From an uncultured Candidatus Saccharibacteria bacterium (GTDB lineage Bacteria > Patescibacteriota > Minisyncoccia > Phycocordibacterales > EsbW-18), in contig CAYZIR010000007.1 in NCBI GenBank assembly GCA_964478705.1, positions 1 to 45,608 on the forward strand: a DNA stretch of 45,608 nucleotides, written 5' to 3'. Under the pieces are notes generated by a model that did not search any database, was not told the origin of the DNA, and saw only the letters and a list, made by a program, of their open reading frames with translations. A program made the translations under genes and the position numbers. Numbering within the stretch: position 1 is the first letter of the stretch; each line of letters opens with the position of its first letter. Positions 40,417 to 45,608 of the stretch are shown in pieces.

Positions 40417-41538
40417 CTAAAGCTTTTTTGTGGAAGCGATAACACCTCCACCGACAAGCTCGTCCCCGTCGTAGATAACCAACGATTGCCCTGGAACAAC
40501 AAATTCCTGCGGGGTGTCGAAAAAAACTTCAAACACGCCTGCGACAGACTCCAAACGACAAGGGCGCAGAGGTTGACGATACCTGAAACGACAGGCATAC
40601 GCCCTATCTGCCGATGGCGCTTCCCCAGAAATCCAGTTCACTTGCTCAAGAACAACTGATGTAATTTCAGCATCGATATTCTCGCGCTGAGATACTGTAA
40701 GAGTATTTTTTGAAATATCTTTTGCGACAACATACCACGGCCCGTCGGTCGGACTCTTTTTGGTCACCTCAAAACCACGACGCTCGCCAAGCGTATAGAG
40801 TATTGCGCCATCATGCTTTCCGATAACATCACCACTGACTGTTATAACGTCACCGGGAGTCACAGTGACTGAGCGTCGTATGAACTCTTTCATATCAACA
40901 TCTCCAAGGAAACAGACTCCCTGACTATCTTTTTTATCTGCAACAGGAAGAGAGCGTTTCCGTGCTTCTTCCCGCACGTCAGCTTTCGTGCGATCACCAA
41001 TTGGGAAAAGTGTATGTGCAAGAACATCTTGTGAGAGCGTCCAGAGGAAGTAACTTTGGTCTTTGTTGGTATCGACACCTGCAAGGAGTCGGTGGGATGC
41101 GGGATACGGGATACGGGGCTCGTGTGAAGATACATCCTCTCGCATCTCTTGTATCCGAGCATAGTGTCCTGTTGCAATTCTATCCGCTCCCTGCTTTCTC
41201 GCGTACTCATAAAATGCCCCGAACTTCACGTGCTTATTGCACATAACATCCGGGTTCGGCGTCCGCCCGAGCGTATATTCTCGAATCATATACTCGGCGA
41301 CTTCTGTACGGTACGCATCTTCGAGATCAAGTGTCTCAAAAGGAATGCCGAGCGTCGCTGCAACACGAAGAGCATCGTCACGTTCATCCCGCCACGAGCA
41401 TTCAAGAAAATCCGGGTACCACGTCTTAATAAAGACACCTGTGACCTGGTATCCTGCCTCTTTGAGAAGTGCTGCCGACACTGAACTGTCCACACCCCCA
41501 CTCATACCGACATATACTTTGAGTCCGTGCCCTTGCAT
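40417..41538 (-). CDS. mnmA: tRNA 2-thiouridine(34) synthase
   Basis: KVYVGMSGGVDSSVSAALL PP-loop and full-length MnmA similarity. Start at ATG 41538. Confidence 0.92.
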   Translation of the reverse strand: MQGHGLKVYVGMSGGVDSSVSAALLKEAGYQVTGVFIKTWYPDFLECSWRDERDDALRVAATLGIPFETLDLEDAYRTEVAEYMIREYTLGRTPNPDVMCNKHVKFGAFYEYARKQGADRIATGHYARIQEMREDVSSHEPRIPYPASHRLLAGVDTNKDQSYFLWTLSQDVLAHTLFPIGDRTKADVREEARKRSLPVADKKDSQGVCFLGDVDMKEFIRRSVTVTPGDVITVSGDVIGKHDGAILYTLGERRGFEVTKKSPTDGPWYVVAKDISKNTLTVSQRENIDAEITSVVLEQVNWISGEAPSADRAYACRFRYRQPLRPCRLESVAGVFEVFFDTPQEFVVPGQSLVIYDGDELVGGGVIASTKKL

Positions 41539-41600
41539 AGGCGTACCATACCATAAAATATGCCTCGTCCTCATCAAAAAAACATCGTATACTTGCCGTA

Positions 41601-42143
41601 ATGACCGATATCGTCCAAGAAGGAAACCCCGTACTTCGTGGCACCGCATCCCCGGTGTCGCTTGCTGATATTCCTGGGAAGGAGCTTGGGAAAATTATAG
41701 AACGCATGAAAACCGCACTAGCAAAAGAACCTGACGGTGTTGCTATTGCAGCGCCACAAATTGGTGTTCCTTTGCGCATATTTGTGGTTGCAGGTTTCGT
41801 GTTTAAGAAAAAAACAAGCGACGTCATCCCGCCCGACCGAGTATTTATCAATCCCGAGTTATTGACTCTTTCAAAAGAAAAAGTGTGGCTTGAGGAAGGA
41901 TGTCTTTCGGTTCGGTTTCTCTACGGCGAAGTACATCGTTCAAAAAAAGCAAAGATACGAGCATATGATGAGCATGGCAAACGGTTTACCATTGGAGGAA
42001 GCGGATTGCTTGCACATATATTTCAACACGAAACCGACCACTTAAACGGAATTCTCTTTATCGACTCAGCAAAAAATCTTCACGAAATTCCCCTTGAAGA
42101 ACGCGATACATACCTCGCCACGTTCGCTAAACAACGATCATGA
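41601..42143 (+). CDS. def: Peptide deformylase
   Basis: GVAIAAPQIG, EGCLS and QHETDHLNG motifs. TATACT ends 7 nt before the ATG. Confidence 0.93.
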   Translation: MTDIVQEGNPVLRGTASPVSLADIPGKELGKIIERMKTALAKEPDGVAIAAPQIGVPLRIFVVAGFVFKKKTSDVIPPDRVFINPELLTLSKEKVWLEEGCLSVRFLYGEVHRSKKAKIRAYDEHGKRFTIGGSGLLAHIFQHETDHLNGILFIDSAKNLHEIPLEERDTYLATFAKQRS

Positions 42144-43009
42144 AGACTCCGAGATTTGTATTCTTTGGCACGCCTGATATAGCTGTTGTATCGCTCATAG
42201 AACTTTCAGCAAAAGGACTTATTCCCGCATTGATTGTGACAGCGCCTGATAAGCCTCGTGGGCGTGGTCGACATGTATCACCGACTCCAGTACGAGTATG
42301 GGCAGACGAACATGCTGTCCCAACCGTAACGCCAGCCACATTGAAAGACCCCGAGCTCATTGAAACACTGCGAGCGATCCAGGCGGATATTTTTGTTGTC
42401 GTTGCGTACGGCAAAATCTTGCCAAAAGAAATCCTTACGATGACACCATATGGAATCATTAATATGCACCCCTCACTCCTTCCGAAGCACCGTGGACCGT
42501 CGCCAATTGAATCTCAAATTCTCCATGAAGAAAATCCTGCTGATGTCGGAGTGTCGATCATGCTCCTCGATGAAGCAATGGATCATGGCCCTGTGCTTGC
42601 ACAGAAAAAATCCATTCCCCAGGTTATGAGTGAATGGCCGATGTCAGCAAAAAAACTCTATCCGATTTTGGCACATGAAGGTGCAGTACTTCTGACTGAG
42701 ACCTTGCTTGCTTATACGAATGGGCTACTGACTCCAACGGAGCAGGACGACACCCAGGCAACATATTGTTCAAAACTATCAAAGGACGATGGTCTTATTA
42801 ATATTACCGAACGAGGAAAAGACGCATACCAGAAAATTTGTGCATATGCTATTCACCCACGACCATATTTCTTCACGGAAAAACACGGCAAAAAGACCCG
42901 CGTCATCATTGCCGATGCAATACTTTCATCCGACGGAACGCTCGTCATCACTCGCGTCATACCAGAGGGACGTAAAGAGATGGCATACGATCTCTTTGCC
43001 CGTGAGTGA
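42140..43009 (+). CDS. fmt: Methionyl-tRNA formyltransferase
   Basis: FFGTPD, INMHPSLLPKHRGPSPI and a C-terminal domain. The start overlaps the def stop (ATGA). Confidence 0.9.
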   Translation: MKTPRFVFFGTPDIAVVSLIELSAKGLIPALIVTAPDKPRGRGRHVSPTPVRVWADEHAVPTVTPATLKDPELIETLRAIQADIFVVVAYGKILPKEILTMTPYGIINMHPSLLPKHRGPSPIESQILHEENPADVGVSIMLLDEAMDHGPVLAQKKSIPQVMSEWPMSAKKLYPILAHEGAVLLTETLLAYTNGLLTPTEQDDTQATYCSKLSKDDGLINITERGKDAYQKICAYAIHPRPYFFTEKHGKKTRVIIADAILSSDGTLVITRVIPEGRKEMAYDLFARE

Positions 43010-43016
43010 ACTTCTC

Positions 43017-43391
43017 TTATTCACTAAAACCGATTCGTCGCATGACATCTTTGATCATGCGTCCTCCTTTTCGCATTAGCGTTTCCTTTCGGTTTTTTTG
43101 TTTTTTTAATTCTTCTGCAAGTTCATCTTTTACCGCATCAATTGCAGCATAGAGATCTACTTTTTGCGCTTCGGTGCGAAGTGTTATCCGCGGTGCAATC
43201 AGGGTCATTTCCGCGCGGAAGATATCGCCGTTTTGATGATGCCCTGTTGTTTTCCCGAGTTCAATTTCTATATAAATATCCTCTTCGTTCGCATGAAGAA
43301 ACTTTTCAAGCATTCGAACTTTATTCTCAGTGTACTCTCGAATTGCTGGGGTTATATCCATGTGCAGTCCTTTGAGGGCAATATTTATCAT
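43017..43391 (-). CDS. hpf: Ribosome hibernation promoting factor (short HPF/RaiA)
   Basis: MDITPAIREYTENKVRMLEKF and the 124-aa S30AE-family pattern. Confidence 0.88.
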   Translation of the reverse strand: MINIALKGLHMDITPAIREYTENKVRMLEKFLHANEEDIYIEIELGKTTGHHQNGDIFRAEMTLIAPRITLRTEAQKVDLYAAIDAVKDELAEELKKQKNRKETLMRKGGRMIKDVMRRIGFSE

Positions 43392-43454
43392 AGTTGTACT
43401 CGTTGCTAGTGAATAATGTTCGCTTCAGTATACCATCTAAAAAACCCTGCAACG

Positions 43455-43481
43455 CAAAACGAGCCCAGAGGGCTCGTTTTT
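43455..43481. terminator. Bidirectional-looking hairpin downstream of the small acidic ORF
   Basis: ACGAGCCC/GGGCTCGT 8-bp stem flanked by an A-run and a T-run. Confidence 0.55.
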
Positions 43482-43485
43482 GAAA

Positions 43486-43674
43486 CTATTCTTTCGGTGC
43501 GTCTGCAACAACCTCTGCGGCTGCTTCTGCTTCAGCCTTTTTCTCTTCTGCCTCCTCAACGGCTACTTCAAGAAGATCTTCACGTGCCTCTACTTCTTTT
43601 TCTGCAGCTACAGCACCTTCTGCTGTTGCCTCTGCGAGATCGTTCTGTGCGTCCTGCTTTGGTTCATCGGCCAT
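43486..43674 (-). CDS. Possible small acidic Ala/Glu-rich protein (62 aa)
   Basis: An ORF followed by a terminator, but with no clear RBS and low-complexity composition. Confidence 0.3.
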   Translation of the reverse strand: MADEPKQDAQNDLAEATAEGAVAAEKEVEAREDLLEVAVEEAEEKKAEAEAAAEVVADAPKE

Positions 43675-43792
43675 AGATGTGGGGTTAATGCCGATAATAT
43701 CTACTCACAGGCAGTATGAGCGTCATATGACCCCAGGTCAACCTCGTCAGTCTTCTAAATCCGCCTCGAGAATAAAGGACCGCAAAAGATTT

Positions 43793-45016
43793 CTATTCCC
43801 CTTCGTATGTAATACGATAAATTATTCCTGCCTTATCATCGCTCACATATACAACCCCATTTGGTTGCACAAGAATCGCTGATGGTCTGCCGATCACTGT
43901 ACCTGCCTCAGTAAGAAATCCTTCCATAAAATGCCGGATTGGCCCTGTACGTTGCCCATGTTTATCAAGCGGAACGCGTACCACCTCATACCCAGAGAGA
44001 ACGTTTTGATATACCGACCCACGATATGCAATCAAAAGGTCATGCCAGTATTCTTCAGGCCATCCTTCTTCGGGGATAAATCCGAGACCGTTCGGCGTGA
44101 CGTGTGCAGGGAGAGAGAGCTTGGCCGGCGTCATAAGAGGTTCTTTGCAAGGGCTCTTGGAGTCCGGATCAAAAAGTGTATCGTGAATGTTATCGCCATA
44201 GCACAACGGCCATCCGTAGTCATTACCTTCCGTAATAATATTAACTTCATCTGGTGGGAGATCATCCCCTAAGCCTTCACGACCAAGATCGCTCCCCCAT
44301 ATTTCTTTTGTTTCTGGGTGCACCTTCATAAAAATCGTATTACGGAGACCGGTCGCAAAGGTAGCAAGATCGTTTGTTGCAAGGTCGAGTGAAAGAACTG
44401 AAGCATACCGAGAATCTTCTTCGAAACAGGAATCACACGAAGATCCTATCGACACAAGAAGACGCTTACCGTCAGGGTGGAGAATGAGACCGCGTCGAAC
44501 ACGAGGACTTCCATCTCCGTCAGGTAGTGACACAAGATTTTTTGGGTCTCTGATACTATATGTTTCTGGATAATATGCGAATGAGCGCACTGCATCGGTT
44601 TCAGCGACGTAGAGCATACATTTCTCTCCTTCTTCATTACAGCGTATAACGGTTCCTTTAGGATTTATGAGTCCGTTGGTGACGACAATGGTGGCGTCCG
44701 CTTCACGATCATTGTCTTCATCTGGAAGAGCAATAATCTTCCCCTCTCCGGAAAGTATGGCAATGATGGTTCCACGAGAATCTTCTATAAGATTTCTGAC
44801 ATCCGGTACATTTTCAGCAAAGGTTGAGACCGTAAAACCCTTCGGTAGTCGAAATTCAGAAAACCGTGCGCCCTCAACGTTACCTTCTCGAAAAAAGTCA
44901 ACAATCGGAGTGCGTATCTCTGGTATCAGCGCAGCCACAATCAAAATGGCTCCGGTAAGGATTGAGAGGAATAGGTGCTCTCTCTTCATATTCTGGAAGT
45001 ATAGCAGGAAGTCCAA
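43793..45016 (-). CDS. PQQ-dependent sugar dehydrogenase-like beta-propeller protein (sorbosone/glucose dehydrogenase family)
   Basis: N-terminal anchor. GLRNTIFMKVHPETKEIWGSDLGREGLGDDLPPDEVNII..GNDYGWPLCYG is typical of the GSDH family. Confidence 0.75.
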   Translation of the reverse strand: MDFLLYFQNMKREHLFLSILTGAILIVAALIPEIRTPIVDFFREGNVEGARFSEFRLPKGFTVSTFAENVPDVRNLIEDSRGTIIAILSGEGKIIALPDEDNDREADATIVVTNGLINPKGTVIRCNEEGEKCMLYVAETDAVRSFAYYPETYSIRDPKNLVSLPDGDGSPRVRRGLILHPDGKRLLVSIGSSCDSCFEEDSRYASVLSLDLATNDLATFATGLRNTIFMKVHPETKEIWGSDLGREGLGDDLPPDEVNIITEGNDYGWPLCYGDNIHDTLFDPDSKSPCKEPLMTPAKLSLPAHVTPNGLGFIPEEGWPEEYWHDLLIAYRGSVYQNVLSGYEVVRVPLDKHGQRTGPIRHFMEGFLTEAGTVIGRPSAILVQPNGVVYVSDDKAGIIYRITYEGE

Positions 45017-45035
45017 CCCCTGCGCAGTCTACGTC

Positions 45036-45518
45036 TTATTCCTCTGATGTCTCGCGTGACGTATCGTTATCCGTTTCTACTGTCTCAATCGTTTCTGATG
45101 TGCTCCCATTATCAATAGGAGCGACTTCAATGATTTTTTTTGCTTCCGGGTCGTAGAGTATTGCCCGTCCTGCCTGCGAGTAGATGAGAACCTTGTCGCC
45201 CTTTTTAGCGTTTTTAAAGAATGCTTGGCCTTCAAGAAGTTTTGGATCAGAAACCGTTGCAATGGTTGGAACCTCATCTTCTGGCACCACCATGATTTTT
45301 CCAACTTCAAGTGAAAGCTCAACCGCTTCTGCCTCACTGATGGCATTTGGATTTTCCTTGAGCTCTTGATACTTCGTGAAGAAATAATACGCAACGAGAG
45401 CAAGAATAAGAACGAGTACTGTTACGAAGTAACGCCCCTTACGGCTCTGTCGAGGTCGCATCGTCGGCGATGGCGCTGTGGTCTCTGCTGGTTTTGATTG
45501 TGATGTTCGTGATGGCAT
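45036..45518 (-). CDS. Membrane-anchored hypothetical protein with an acidic C-terminus
   Basis: Basic N-terminus and one TM segment (YFVTVLVLILALVAYYFF). No family recognised. Confidence 0.5.
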   Translation of the reverse strand: MPSRTSQSKPAETTAPSPTMRPRQSRKGRYFVTVLVLILALVAYYFFTKYQELKENPNAISEAEAVELSLEVGKIMVVPEDEVPTIATVSDPKLLEGQAFFKNAKKGDKVLIYSQAGRAILYDPEAKKIIEVAPIDNGSTSETIETVETDNDTSRETSEE

Positions 45519-45608
45519 ATGTATTAGATAAACGATGAATCTAGTATACGTCCGAATAAAAGAAATTAAAGATAGATATCAACACTAGTCGTATTGTTCA
45601 TCGATTTT

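Overview
This 45.6 kb window is a bacterial chromosome segment. The gene content looks reduced and Patescibacteria/CPR-like, but that is inference only: ThrRS lacks the TGS domain, ProRS lacks the INS domain, and many genes are short and tightly packed. No rRNA gene, CRISPR array, transposase or integrase was seen.

Core genes:
- dnaE and thrS
- the dcw head cluster mraZ-rsmH-ftsL-ftsI-murF
- lysS and greA
- mreB-mreC-mreD-mrdA
- proS-rseP-frr
- mnmA, def-fmt and hpf

A roughly 16 kb accessory stretch (5.66-21.5 kb) interrupts them:
1. An ArsR-type regulator sits between two near-identical perfect palindromes. One palindrome also lies upstream of a zincin-CYTH operon.
2. A four-gene operon reads NDT-like, ATL, 2H phosphoesterase, Tag.
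3. A GC-rich operon encodes a J-domain/pseudokinase fusion and a vWA/MIDAS protein. A divergent adenylosuccinate-synthetase paralog sits directly behind its terminator. This is my best candidate for an undescribed system.
4. An NrtR regulon (nrtR, nadM-Nudix, Nampt) has five copies of a 21-bp TTAGTGT-N7-ACACTAA box. Two copies also cover the divergent promoter and 5' UTR of the J-domain operon.
5. A stand-alone SpoT-type HD hydrolase cassette is bracketed by identical 37-bp terminator repeats.
6. An orphan zinc-ribbon protein and a ParB-like HTH protein lie next to tRNA-Glu(CUC).
7. A 1.5 kb very AT-rich single-gene insertion has 11-bp direct repeats. It encodes an ABC-ATPase/DUF4435-TOPRIM-like fusion (OLD/PARIS-like).

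Further right lie an ATP-cone/Mrr-like nuclease fusion, a Cas4-like nuclease overlapping ogt, an MgtC-family gene and a PQQ-type sugar dehydrogenase-like gene.

All calls rest on reading the ORF translations and the DNA by eye. No database search was run.
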